This document shows, piece by piece, positions 9,155-17,978 of a DNA stretch of 33,830 nt. Each line of letters opens with the position of its first letter. Position 1 is the stretch's first letter. Under the pieces are notes generated by a model that did no database searches, was not told the origin of the DNA, and saw only the letters and a program-made list of their open reading frames with translations. The DNA is from a virus: the UHGV virus genome UHGV-0322223; one strand, given 5' to 3'. Made by a program: the position numbers and the translations under genes.

Positions 9155-9494
9155 ATCGCTCTACCATCCACTTTTGATTCCATTCCAGCGGTATATTTTG
9201 TTCGATTCCCTGCTGCGGAAATCCTATTACTTTCCAGATTTCTCCAAAAAATTCTACTTTATTATCTTTCCATGTGTGCTTATCTCCTTTAGGTATTGCG
9301 ATCGTGTAAACTGCCTTTTTCCCCGTTAAGTTCAGCGCATCCAAAACCTCTTGTGTATTCGTGGAGGCTACAAGTACATTTTCAACTTTTGTCGGCGTTT
9401 CCTTGTAGATCAGTTTTCCAAATGGATCTTCATTTATTTTTTCCTTTTCATAAAGTGTCACTGTGATCCCTTTTATCATCGCCATACAGATCAA
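9147..9494 (-). CDS. Head closure / head-tail adaptor protein (SPP1 gp16-like)
   Basis: A 115-aa ORF with the motif pattern ITVTL...DPFG...T......VL......TIAIPKGD...KV.F.G..W.V typical of phage head-closure proteins. Confidence 0.55.
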   Translation of the reverse strand: MICMAMIKGITVTLYEKEKINEDPFGKLIYKETPTKVENVLVASTNTQEVLDALNLTGKKAVYTIAIPKGDKHTWKDNKVEFFGEIWKVIGFPQQGIEQNIPLEWNQKWMVERYG

Positions 9495-9867
9495 TCACCC
9501 CTATTCTTTGTCGTTTCAGTCCGAGCCTTGCCAACTCGCTTTTTTTAATAAATAATCCGCCTCCCGGTACTAGGTATGTCCCAGAAACAGAATAACCCAG
9601 TGCCGATTCTGACCGTTGCGTCATCGGCTCTGCGTCTGTTGACGTCATAAGCGTGCGCGCTATCACATCTACAACTACAGACTTTGCAACATTTTCTAAA
9701 TATGATTTTTCTTCTATCATACGATCAAGGTTTTTCCCCACCTTATCGGCTTCCATTCTCAAGCTATCCTCTACTATTGGCAGTAAGTTTTTTGCGCGCT
9801 CTTTTTCGTCTTCTGTCAGCGATCTCCACAGTTTTTCAACATCTTCGATCTTGGCAAAATTATTCAT
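9448..9867 (-). CDS. Head-tail connector protein (gp6/gp15-like)
   Basis: A 139-aa ORF directly downstream of the capsid gene. The call rests on size and position. Confidence 0.5.
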   Translation of the reverse strand: MNNFAKIEDVEKLWRSLTEDEKERAKNLLPIVEDSLRMEADKVGKNLDRMIEEKSYLENVAKSVVVDVIARTLMTSTDAEPMTQRSESALGYSVSGTYLVPGGGLFIKKSELARLGLKRQRIGVIDLYGDDKRDHSDTL

Positions 9868-9987
9868 CTTTTTTCACCGTCTTTCTCTTTTTAGTGGTGG
9901 ATCTGGGCGGCTTTTCTGCCTCCCAGTCTCCACCCTTCAGTTCGCACTGTGTTTCGATCACATTCCCTGTTCGTTTGTTTCTGTATA

Positions 9988-10869
9988 TCAATCTTCGTCT
10001 ACCACCCTTGCGAAATATTCCGGCACAAGAATTCCCCATCCGAGATAGACTTCTGCGCGGATGTAAACCTGGTTGTAACCTTTTAAATCTTTTCCCGTGT
10101 TGTCCGGATCGCCATATTTGATGATCTCCAAAGGAATTTCTTTCGAGAACCCCCACTTGAAAGCGTTGGAAAAATCGCCCACGATTGCGTGATCTTTCAC
10201 AGTGTCGTTGTATACAGTCTTGTTTACACTTGTTTTCATTCCTCCGAGAGATTCCGGCGATGCTCCAAACCTAAATTCTGGGTACTGTCTGACTCCGTTT
10301 TCCTTTACCGTTGCCATGTCTGCCCCGAATGCATTTGACAGCGCTATCCCTGTAACGTCTCCGTCCGATCCCTGCACCATTGCAATCGCCGCATCCAGAT
10401 TTGTATCCGGCGTTCCTTTTGTATATTTGACTTTTTGTGTTACTTTACTGTCAAAGTGATTCGTGCCTACAACTGTTGATGCTCCGCCTGTCCGTGGGTT
10501 AATGCCGTGAAACGCTGCCAGATCAAAACCTTTCGCTACTTTTGCCGCAAAACCATTGTTAAACGCTGTTAAAATATCAAGCTGTTCTTCTTCTGTCGCG
10601 TACAAAAATTCGTCTGAAACTCTCGCTCCGTACTCAAATTTGATTGGCACGATTTTTACCGGATCTACAGTAATGCCGCCCTCTGACTTTTTCCCGTTTT
10701 CTGCTACAATATCGATCTCATTGTCCATTGAAAAAATAAATTCTTTCAGTCCGTTGAATGGGATCGGCGTCTGTCCCGACAAAACCGCTAAAGATGATTT
10801 TCCCTTCACTTTGTTCATTAGATCTTTTACAAGTACCGCGTCAAATAAATTTTCTCTTCCTGTTGCCAT
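9988..10869 (-). CDS. Major capsid protein (HK97 fold)
   Basis: A 293-aa ORF with N-terminal ..LFDAVLVKDLMNKVKGKSSLAVL.. and a GINPRTG.. region characteristic of HK97-type major capsid proteins. It follows the scaffold gene. Confidence 0.85.
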   Translation of the reverse strand: MATGRENLFDAVLVKDLMNKVKGKSSLAVLSGQTPIPFNGLKEFIFSMDNEIDIVAENGKKSEGGITVDPVKIVPIKFEYGARVSDEFLYATEEEQLDILTAFNNGFAAKVAKGFDLAAFHGINPRTGGASTVVGTNHFDSKVTQKVKYTKGTPDTNLDAAIAMVQGSDGDVTGIALSNAFGADMATVKENGVRQYPEFRFGASPESLGGMKTSVNKTVYNDTVKDHAIVGDFSNAFKWGFSKEIPLEIIKYGDPDNTGKDLKGYNQVYIRAEVYLGWGILVPEYFARVVDED

Positions 10870-10873
10870 GTTC

Positions 10874-11335
10874 TTATTCTCCTTTCAAATTGTTTAACAT
10901 TTTTTTCGTTGCTTCTCTGATCGAGTCGTCTTTATTGTCTGTGTCTCGTGTAAAGTTCGGGTATGTGGTTTTTCCCTTCAAAAATTTAGAAAAAGCTTCC
11001 GCGTCTTTCTTCATTTCGTCTTCTGTTCCCCCTGACAACTTCCCTGCAAGTTCGTAGGGAATTCCGTTTTCCATTGCCACTTTTACCCTTTTCGATTCTT
11101 TTTCGTACTTTGCGATCGTGGCGTCTTTGTTCGCCGCATCTTCCGGGGATAAATACCCTTTGTACTTCTCTTCTGCTTCTTTCGGTGATAAGTACTCTTT
11201 GTACTTCTCTTCCACAGCTTCTGGTGATAAGTATCCGCTAAATTCCCTTCTTACCGTTTCTCTTTCCTGTTCCAGCCGATCTTTCACAGCCTCCTCGAAC
11301 TGTTCTCGCGTTTCAATAGCTTCAAAATCACTCAT
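10874..11335 (-). CDS. Capsid scaffolding protein (DUF4355-like) with internal 13-aa tandem repeats
   Basis: A 153-aa acidic coiled-coil protein immediately upstream of the capsid gene. It contains three copies of the repeat YLSP.EA.EKYK. Confidence 0.6.
   Translation of the reverse strand: MSDFEAIETREQFEEAVKDRLEQERETVRREFSGYLSPEAVEEKYKEYLSPKEAEEKYKGYLSPEDAANKDATIAKYEKESKRVKVAMENGIPYELAGKLSGGTEDEMKKDAEAFSKFLKGKTTYPNFTRDTDNKDDSIREATKKMLNNLKGE
11147..11263. repeat. 39-bp tandem repeat (about 3 copies) inside the scaffold gene
   Basis: The units are ggataaataccctttgtacttctcttctgcttctttcggt / gataagtactctttgtacttctcttccacagcttctggt / gataagtatccgct... Confidence 0.7.
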
Positions 11336-11414
11336 TTTTTGTTCTCCTTTCCCCGCTTAACCCGGTGGTTTTGGTATTTTTGTATATTAAAAAAGTGCTG
11401 TTTCCAGCGTCTTT

Positions 11415-12809
11415 TTAATATCTTGCTATCTGTTTTTTTCGTTCCTTTGTTTCTGTGCATTTCCAGTATGCAAGGATCACACTGTCAAGCAGCGCGATTT
11501 CAACCCCTTCTTTTAATGATCTGTATCCGAATCCTCCGTTTGATCCTATCGCCCTTTTTTCGCTGTTGCTTACAGACTGTGTTAACGATGCTTGGTTAGA
11601 ATGACAGATATTTCCTTTAAACAGTCCTTGTTCAAAAGTCGCGTTTGCTCCTATAATTTCTTTTACAGTTGGCAGGGTTGGTGCTTTCATTTTTGCATCT
11701 TTCATGTCTTTTTCGAGTATATGCTGCCCGTTCGCTCCGTCTGCAACTACCGTTTTGGGTTTCATTTCCGCAATGTATGATAGTATCCAGTCGTTCCCTT
11801 CGCGGATTGTTCTGCAGTCGAGTGCCTCAACGAAAATTTTTCCTTCATTCGTTTTTGATGCTACCGACATCGCAACATGCTGTCCGTCATGTCCATATTT
11901 AACCCCAACAAAAAGTTCTCCTTTTAATTTTGGTTTTGATGCGATCGCCAGTGATTCCCACTCTGTTTTACTAATCGCCGATTTTTGATTATATTTTAAC
12001 CACAGTCCCAGTCTTTGGATGTTAAAATCTATATCATCCGTTGTAATTTCTGCCCGGATCTTCCTTTCTGTCAGTATTGTTCCTAACGACGGGTTTGTTT
12101 CGTACCACGCCTCAACATCGTTCGCGGATGTCAAGTTTTCAACCGACCATTCCGCCCATCCAGAGTCAAATCCCCGGCCGGCAAGTACTGTCTCCCTATA
12201 TTTTGTAAAAACTGTTCCGGCCGATACCGCCGTCGGCGGCGTTCCAAGCATGATTGTTTGTGGGTTCTCGCTGTCTGATACAATATATTTCAGTGACGTC
12301 TCCTGTGCTTCCGTGTATTCTTGTGCCTCGTCTATAATTAACACGTCGTACCCTTCGCCAAGTCCGCCCGATGATGTTCTTGTTCGGAATTCCACCACAC
12401 CTCCATCACTTGTGTATAAGTGTTCTTTTCCGAACGCCTTAAATGATGATGATATCTTGATTCCTGCTTTTTCGCACATTCGATCCAGCCGCTCCCACAC
12501 TGCGTGTGATGTTGTTGCTCTGTGTGCCGTGTATAGAATTCTTTCGCCTTTTTTCAGTCCCCATAGGCAGCGCGCCAACACATTTTCCGACTTTCCGTTT
12601 CGTCTCGGCACTGAATAGCCATATTTCTGATGCATCCATAAACCATCATCGTTTACGGCCATAATGTCGCATTGTAGCAACTGCTGCCATTCAAGCAGCT
12701 CGTTCCCCGTCTTCGCGTACAGTTCCGCAGCTTCTTGTCCTCGTGTTTTTGAGTAAGGAATCGTTACGGATTGAGTAGGCGTCTGACGTCCCAGTCTCGT
12801 TTCCGTCAT
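11415..12809 (-). CDS. Terminase large subunit (Terminase_1-like)
   Basis: A 464-aa ORF with Walker A (GYSVPRRNGKSE) and Walker B (YDVLIIDEAQE). The N-terminal pattern VPRRNGKS..LA..L..L is typical of Terminase_1. A GGAGGAAAG SD precedes the ATG. Confidence 0.8.
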   Translation of the reverse strand: MTETRLGRQTPTQSVTIPYSKTRGQEAAELYAKTGNELLEWQQLLQCDIMAVNDDGLWMHQKYGYSVPRRNGKSENVLARCLWGLKKGERILYTAHRATTSHAVWERLDRMCEKAGIKISSSFKAFGKEHLYTSDGGVVEFRTRTSSGGLGEGYDVLIIDEAQEYTEAQETSLKYIVSDSENPQTIMLGTPPTAVSAGTVFTKYRETVLAGRGFDSGWAEWSVENLTSANDVEAWYETNPSLGTILTERKIRAEITTDDIDFNIQRLGLWLKYNQKSAISKTEWESLAIASKPKLKGELFVGVKYGHDGQHVAMSVASKTNEGKIFVEALDCRTIREGNDWILSYIAEMKPKTVVADGANGQHILEKDMKDAKMKAPTLPTVKEIIGANATFEQGLFKGNICHSNQASLTQSVSNSEKRAIGSNGGFGYRSLKEGVEIALLDSVILAYWKCTETKERKKQIARY

Positions 12810-12890
12810 AACTTTCCTCCTGTCTTTTAACTATATCTTTCATGGGCAATATCACCCCATTGCCTGAAGGGATATTTTTTAAATTGCATT

Positions 12891-12917
12891 AAAAAACGCG
12901 CTTTTCGCGCGCTTAAG
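12891..12917 (-). terminator. Rho-independent terminator after gene 12913-13248
   Basis: The minus-strand RNA reads AAGCGCGC-GAAAA-GCGCG followed by UUUUUU. Confidence 0.55.
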
Positions 12918-13248
12918 TAAATGGAGTTATTTCTTTTATGTCTTTCAAAAATTCTTTCGCTTTCTCTATCAAGGAGTTGTTGCACACATACGCAATCCCT
13001 TCCGGTGTGATCTCTGCCGTTTTTAAATCATAAATCAATTCTTTGCCCCACACTTTTTCTGTTTCGCATGTTATATATCTGTCTTCAATTAAATTTCTCA
13101 TGATATAATCCCAGTATTTCCGGTTGATCTGCAGTAGTTGATTGTCGTGAGTAATCATGTTTGGATTTACATCTTCCCCCGATTTCAATTTTACATACAA
13201 GTACGATAGTATCTTGTATACAATTACAAAATAATCGTCTTTTGCCAT
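12913..13248 (-). CDS. Hypothetical small protein (possibly a wHTH / YjcQ-like fold)
   Basis: A 111-aa ORF. Its N-terminal pattern is similar to the 25115-25438 product. It is followed by a terminator. Confidence 0.45.
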   Translation of the reverse strand: MAKDDYFVIVYKILSYLYVKLKSGEDVNPNMITHDNQLLQINRKYWDYIMRNLIEDRYITCETEKVWGKELIYDLKTAEITPEGIAYVCNNSLIEKAKEFLKDIKEITPFT

Positions 13249-13254
13249 TTCGCC

Positions 13255-13551
13255 TCACCCTTCGATCTCTTCTATCATTTTTTCAAACATTTCTTTTTCA
13301 TTCATTTCTTCCATGTAGAACAGCTTTCCATCCTCAAACATGTTTTTTTCCACTTCTGTTTTTGAGAATGCGTGTTCTAATACGATCGCGTTTGCCCAAC
13401 TCAGCCCCGATACAATAAAAAACTCGTCCTCTCTTACAGCAAAGCACTTTTTCCCTCGCACTTCTGTTTCTTTCTTGTATCTTCTTTCAAATTCTTTTTC
13501 TAACGCCTTGCATCTTTCGTCAATCTTCTTTTTCTTTTCCGTTGATATCAT
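13255..13551 (-). CDS. Hypothetical protein; candidate immunity protein for the upstream MuF toxin-like domain
   Basis: A 98-aa ORF that overlaps the MuF gene's 3' end by 32 nt, consistent with a co-transcribed partner. Confidence 0.4.
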   Translation of the reverse strand: MISTEKKKKIDERCKALEKEFERRYKKETEVRGKKCFAVREDEFFIVSGLSWANAIVLEHAFSKTEVEKNMFEDGKLFYMEEMNEKEMFEKMIEEIEG

Positions 13552-14638
13552 ATCTTTTCACACCTCCTTCTCCTGTAGAAATTTTATAGTATTCACCTCC
13601 GTGATGACTTCTTTCTCCTGGGTGATACATTAATAATCCATCTCCCCCGAAGTTTACCCTGTATCCTCCGCCCTCTTCAAATGGAATATCTCTGTAATTT
13701 TTCCCTTTTAAAGGTTTTATCTCATATCCCGATTCTTTCAGTGCGTAGTATAAACCTCTCGGTGTATACGCGCTTAACATTTTGGGGTGTCCTGATATTC
13801 TTGAAGCAAGATCGAGTCCGTTTTCCTCTTTGATCCTTTTTTCTTTTTCCTTTGGCGTTTCTTTTATCTTATCACTTTTTTGCTTGTTAGACCACTCTTT
13901 CGTATTCTCTATTCTTCTGTTTACATCTTTCTTGTCTGTCGTTTTCTTTGTGTGTACATTTGTTACTTTTCCGTCTCCAGCGTCATACTCTACGGTACAC
14001 CTACAATGCTTGTGCCGCCTGAACACATCGTTTCCGGTGTCCGATACAGCTTCGTAATCATATACCCCTGTAAGCCTGTTGCACCATTCGCAGCATTTTC
14101 CTGTTGATGTTCTTCTGATTTTCGGTCTTAACCCTGCTTTTAAGTGAAAATCTGCATTTTCTTTTACCGCTGCATCTATTACAGATTGCGTAAAGTTTAC
14201 GACCGCTTCTCCTAGTATGTACGCGACATCCTCGTATTTTCCTCCTGATACGATGTTAATAATTCCTCGAACCCTATCTTCGTTCATTTCCGGTTTTATG
14301 GCTTTGATTCCGATTCCTGCTTTTTCGTTTAATATCTTTTGAACTTCTACTGCTGCCTCTGCTGTAATATCATAATTATGTTCCAGTCGTTCCCTTATTA
14401 CCCTGTCAGCGATATTGTAATACATTTTGCCATCCGGTAATATTTCTTTTGATAAATTGCTTTGAAACGCATCCGCTAGTAGTTCCCCTGTTTCGATCGC
14501 AAAATCATTCGCATCTTTATATGTCGCTGTTTTTTTCTTAACCTTTTCTCGAAACGCTTTGATCGTCTCGCTTTTTTTTAATTTCTTTTCAAAATCTTTT
14601 TTTATTTTTTCCAGTAATTCCGGTGCGATATCTTTCAT
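13520..14638 (-). CDS. Minor head protein, Mu F-like (SPP1 gp7-like), with a C-terminal extension carrying an SHH motif (toxin-like nuclease candidate)
   Basis: A 372-aa ORF. The conserved MuF C-terminal motif CCEWCNRLTGVYDYEAV...RRHKHCRCTVEY is present. It is followed by a Lys-rich linker and about 90 aa ending GGGYRVNFGGDGLLMYHPGERSHHGGEYYKISTGEGG. Confidence 0.75.
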   Translation of the reverse strand: MKDIAPELLEKIKKDFEKKLKKSETIKAFREKVKKKTATYKDANDFAIETGELLADAFQSNLSKEILPDGKMYYNIADRVIRERLEHNYDITAEAAVEVQKILNEKAGIGIKAIKPEMNEDRVRGIINIVSGGKYEDVAYILGEAVVNFTQSVIDAAVKENADFHLKAGLRPKIRRTSTGKCCEWCNRLTGVYDYEAVSDTGNDVFRRHKHCRCTVEYDAGDGKVTNVHTKKTTDKKDVNRRIENTKEWSNKQKSDKIKETPKEKEKRIKEENGLDLASRISGHPKMLSAYTPRGLYYALKESGYEIKPLKGKNYRDIPFEEGGGYRVNFGGDGLLMYHPGERSHHGGEYYKISTGEGGVKRYDINGKEKED

Positions 14639-14648
14639 TTATCCCCTC

Positions 14649-15866
14649 TTATATCCCCGTGAAATCTTTCATTTTATCTTGTGTAATATATCCCGGGATT
14701 GCCTGATTGATTTTTATAGCTCCGTCTCCATAACTACTCAATGCGGCCGCGTCCGGTTCAAAGACCGGCTCCCATTTTGGTTTTGTTAAATAAAACTGCC
14801 TCCGCTCGTACGGGTAGTTATCCCTCAAGCACGCCGCGATGTATCCCGCGTTTAAAAAACCTGTGCCAAACGTCCTCTGCGCTTTTCTTGCGATTAGTCT
14901 AAGATTTTCGTGACTTGCCTTGATTGCTTCCGCACTGCTTGGATTGTCTGTTACAAACCCTAGATCGTCCAGCGTTAGACCTGTCTCTCCGGCAAATAAT
15001 CCGGCAAACATTTTTAGCTGATCGTTGTGAGGTGACATGCTTTGCTGCGCAAATTGCCCTAGCTGCGGTTTGTCGCCGCCCTCGCCTTTCGTAAATTCCA
15101 ACAAGCTCGACATTGCAGCCTTCCATTTGTTAATCGGTTCTAGATCAGGGTCAGTTCCAACTACATATTTTTGCGGAAACGAGTAAAACTCTGCCGCAAT
15201 TTCTGATCGTTTTACCGTCCTCATTGCACTGTTGACAATATCCATGCACGCTCGACTGATCCTGCTATGACCAAACGGTCTTACCGCATCCGGCCGGAAT
15301 ACGATCGGGACAAGAAGCGGGTGTGGTACGTTGTTTTTAATTCTCTCCGGCGTCTCGTCTCCTTTTCTGTATATCCATGTGTCGCCTTTTGTAAAATATG
15401 CTTCTGTTTTCGGGTTTTTGTTTTTATCTCGTTCGAGTACGGCGTAACCTTCCACCAACAGACCTGTGCTATCGTCTATGATCCCCGTTGCATTCGCGCC
15501 GTCTATTACTTGCAATTTCGGAAATCCTGTTTTGTCTACTGATATATAAACAAAACAGCATGAAGAAATAAGCGCTGACAGTACGGCGCTGTCAAAAAAT
15601 GTATCTGGGTTGTTCATCAAAAAAATTTCTCCGATGTCAAAATTATCATTTGTGAATTCTCTGAATACAATCCTGTCTGCAAGGTTATCCACTGCTTTCC
15701 CGCACCATCCGAGAACCGACTGTACGTTTCTCAATTCTGGCGGTGTCGATATCTGAAAATCCTTCACCCTGTTCTTCATTTCATAGTATTTGTAACGCAT
15801 TTTCACTCGTTCGCTCTTTATCTGTAAACGTCTTCGTAAATAATTTACCCCTCTGTAATCTGCCAT
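14649..15866 (-). CDS. Portal protein (SPP1 gp6-like)
   Basis: A 405-aa ORF immediately upstream of the MuF-like gene (the SPP1 gp6-gp7 order). The N-terminal YYEMK...P....V.....GK.VD.L. pattern is typical. Confidence 0.55.
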   Translation of the reverse strand: MADYRGVNYLRRRLQIKSERVKMRYKYYEMKNRVKDFQISTPPELRNVQSVLGWCGKAVDNLADRIVFREFTNDNFDIGEIFLMNNPDTFFDSAVLSALISSCCFVYISVDKTGFPKLQVIDGANATGIIDDSTGLLVEGYAVLERDKNKNPKTEAYFTKGDTWIYRKGDETPERIKNNVPHPLLVPIVFRPDAVRPFGHSRISRACMDIVNSAMRTVKRSEIAAEFYSFPQKYVVGTDPDLEPINKWKAAMSSLLEFTKGEGGDKPQLGQFAQQSMSPHNDQLKMFAGLFAGETGLTLDDLGFVTDNPSSAEAIKASHENLRLIARKAQRTFGTGFLNAGYIAACLRDNYPYERRQFYLTKPKWEPVFEPDAAALSSYGDGAIKINQAIPGYITQDKMKDFTGI

Positions 15867-15961
15867 ATTAGCTTCCTTTCTTTTAGCGTGTGTTTTTTTT
15901 CACAGTGACGGCGTGAAGTGCATCCATGCCCGTGTATAGGGGTGGTATGCCCCCTTATTTC

Positions 15962-16330
15962 CTATTTACTGCGTCTTATATTTTTCCAATCAAACGTGTG
16001 CGGCAACACTCTGTTGCTTATAACTTCATCCTTTTCTTTGTCTCTCCGCTTTATCAACTTGTCACTCTTCTGCCTGTTGCACGTCCAGTGTGCAAGCTGA
16101 AGATTGTTTATATCTGATGGATGTCCCCCTTTTGCTATCGGGATAATATGATCTATGCACGGCGACAACGGATGCGGATATTTTAATCCGAAGTCAACCG
16201 GTTTCCCGCATATCCCGCATACCGTCTGTGTTGCATATATTTTCTTCTTATTCCGTTCAAACGCTCCTCGGTGTGATCCATCTCGATCCGGTCTGTATAC
16301 CATGCCTTCATCCTTTTTCTTTATATACAA
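15962..16330 (-). CDS. HNH endonuclease
   Basis: The motifs CGICGKP....HIIPIAKGGHPSDINNLQLAHWTCNRQKSDK give an H-N-H core with a Zn-binding CxxC. Confidence 0.8.
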   Translation of the reverse strand: MYIKKKDEGMVYRPDRDGSHRGAFERNKKKIYATQTVCGICGKPVDFGLKYPHPLSPCIDHIIPIAKGGHPSDINNLQLAHWTCNRQKSDKLIKRRDKEKDEVISNRVLPHTFDWKNIRRSK

Positions 16331-16412
16331 AAAAGCAGCCGACTTTCGCCTGCTGCCCTTTGTATTTCTCTGTTTACTTTTCTTCGATTCTTTTATTTGT
16401 TTCCGCTGTTCT

Positions 16413-16640
16413 TTATTTCTCCAGCTCTTCTGCTAACTCTCGGAATACTTCCGATAATTCTTTGCACTCTTCTTTGGTTAAATCATGCCCGAAACAATAG
16501 TCACAGCATTCCATCAGTGTAATGTTTTCTTCGTTCCATTCCAGCGAAAATACTCTGTCTTTTTCCCCTAGTTGTTTTAAAAGTTGCTCATGCTTTTTAA
16601 CTACCTCTTTATCTTTGTATTGATCGTAATTGCAAAACAT
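16413..16640 (-). CDS. Hypothetical protein (75 aa from ATG; the ORF-track TTG start at 16670 lies inside a terminator hairpin)
   Basis: The ATG at 16638-16640 is preceded by GAAAGAGAGTGA. It is Cys-rich (MECCDYCFGH). Confidence 0.45.
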   Translation of the reverse strand: MFCNYDQYKDKEVVKKHEQLLKQLGEKDRVFSLEWNEENITLMECCDYCFGHDLTKEECKELSEVFRELAEELEK

Positions 16641-16667
16641 GTCATCACTCTCTTTCAAAATAGTTTT

Positions 16668-16697
16668 CAAAAAAAGGACGCCCTTTCGGATGTCCTT
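16668..16697 (-). terminator. Rho-independent terminator downstream of the ArpU-like gene
   Basis: The minus-strand RNA forms AAGGAC-(12 nt loop)-GTCCUU followed by UUUUUG. A second hairpin AAGAGGG-AAAUAA-CCCUCU lies just upstream. Confidence 0.5.
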
Positions 16698-16796
16698 GCG
16701 CGTGGTTATGAGAGGGTTATTTCCCTCTTTGTCTTTTAATTCAGTTTATACTATATCACATTTTCGAGTCTCACGGAGTCTCATTTTATAAAATTT

Positions 16797-17216
16797 CTAT
16801 AAAATTTCAAAGTTTTCCAGTGCACTATCATATATTCTGTATAGTTTCGCCTTACTTACTCCCATTTTTCGTTGTATCGCTTTATTGTTTTCTCTAAGTA
16901 AATAGTATCTTGTAAGTGCTTCTTTTTCTTGTTCATCATTCATTTTGTTTATTGCTTTTCTGATGCGTTCGTACCGGATCACGCTTTCAACCCATTCTTT
17001 TTTTAACTCCTCCATGAGGCTTTCGATCTTTGCCGTGTAATCTGATAGATCCTTTTGACTGCTGCCCCGTGGTATCCCATCGCCTTGCAACGCCGGAAAC
17101 ATCGTGTCGAGTCTTAGTTGTTGTATCTGATCTTTTATTAGAGCTTCTCTATTCTTTGAATTTATGTATCCCTCTAGGTATTCTTTTTTCTGTTCGATTT
17201 CTTCCCATTTCTGCAT
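16797..17216 (-). CDS. ArpU-family late transcriptional activator (sigma-70 region-4-like HTH)
   Basis: A 139-aa ORF with the C-terminus YYLLRENNKAIQRKMGVSKAKLYRIYDSALENF, which resembles sigma r4 / ArpU. It sits just upstream of the packaging module. Confidence 0.6.
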   Translation of the reverse strand: MQKWEEIEQKKEYLEGYINSKNREALIKDQIQQLRLDTMFPALQGDGIPRGSSQKDLSDYTAKIESLMEELKKEWVESVIRYERIRKAINKMNDEQEKEALTRYYLLRENNKAIQRKMGVSKAKLYRIYDSALENFEIL

Positions 17217-17336
17217 TATTATTGCCTCTCGTCCTTCTCCAGTATTCCAGTACGGTTTCCTTTCTTAACTGCTGCCCCTGCGCTCGGATCAGCGCGGCAG
17301 CACTTGGTTCATTTGTGTTGATCAATGTATCATCTC

Positions 17337-17978
17337 CTACTCTACTTTCATAAATCTGCTCATAATGTGTTCCTTGCATGACGACTTCTCTTTCTTAGGT
17401 TGTCTGTACGGCTTTGGAAGTGACTGCCATGCGATCACATCCGGATTTTTCCATTCTGGATAGTTATCTAACATCCAGCCTTCTTCTTTTTCGTAAAGTG
17501 CAAATTCAAAAGCGTTATCAAATAATATGTTATCTGCTGGTTTTCCGCTTACTTGTACCAACACTATTTCTTCACAATCTTCCGGCAATCTCTCTTCTAC
17601 CGGAATCCAACCATCATTGCTAGGGACATTTGTGTCCTTACCGACATTAACAACTATCTTAGACTCTCCGCAAAATTCAAAGCAATTATTAAGCCAATCA
17701 ATAACATAGTCTAAATAATACGAGCTATACCCCACTGTGTAATGATCTTCACCCACTTTTTTGTACTTGATCCCATAATATGGTTTCCTGTCAGTCTTAC
17801 GCGATATTATTTCCGCGCTTGTTACTTTTTCTTTTTCATTCATGTGTGAACGAATGATATCTTTTACCCTACTCGCCCGCACATACCCATCCACCTCCAT
17901 ATTACCTATATAAATAGGCGCATCTTCTTGAAATGTCGCTTCTTCAATCTCTTCCAGAATCTTCTCTAGTACATTCAT
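17337..17978 (-). CDS. DUF551-domain phage protein
   Basis: The C-terminus WIPVEERLPEDCEEIVLV...EEGWMLD..PEW..PDVIAWQSLPKPY matches the DUF551 pattern. Confidence 0.5.
   Translation of the reverse strand: MNVLEKILEEIEEATFQEDAPIYIGNMEVDGYVRASRVKDIIRSHMNEKEKVTSAEIISRKTDRKPYYGIKYKKVGEDHYTVGYSSYYLDYVIDWLNNCFEFCGESKIVVNVGKDTNVPSNDGWIPVEERLPEDCEEIVLVQVSGKPADNILFDNAFEFALYEKEEGWMLDNYPEWKNPDVIAWQSLPKPYRQPKKEKSSCKEHIMSRFMKVE

Noticed and set aside
9860-10156. 98-aa Arg-rich ORF overlapping the 3' end of the capsid gene
   Set aside because: It is out of frame within the major capsid gene, has extreme R content, and has no SD.
15867-15961. GGGG-TGGTATG-CCCC hairpin between HNH and portal as a cos or terminator site
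   Set aside because: The stem is short and there is no T-tract. A cos-site call cannot be supported without terminus data.
17149-17379. 76-aa ORF overlapping the ArpU-like gene start and the DUF551 gene end
   Set aside because: It overlaps two well-supported genes and has no SD. However, the 120-bp gap it spans contains an imperfect inverted repeat (TGCTGCC..GCGCT / AGCGC..GGCAGCA) that may be regulatory.
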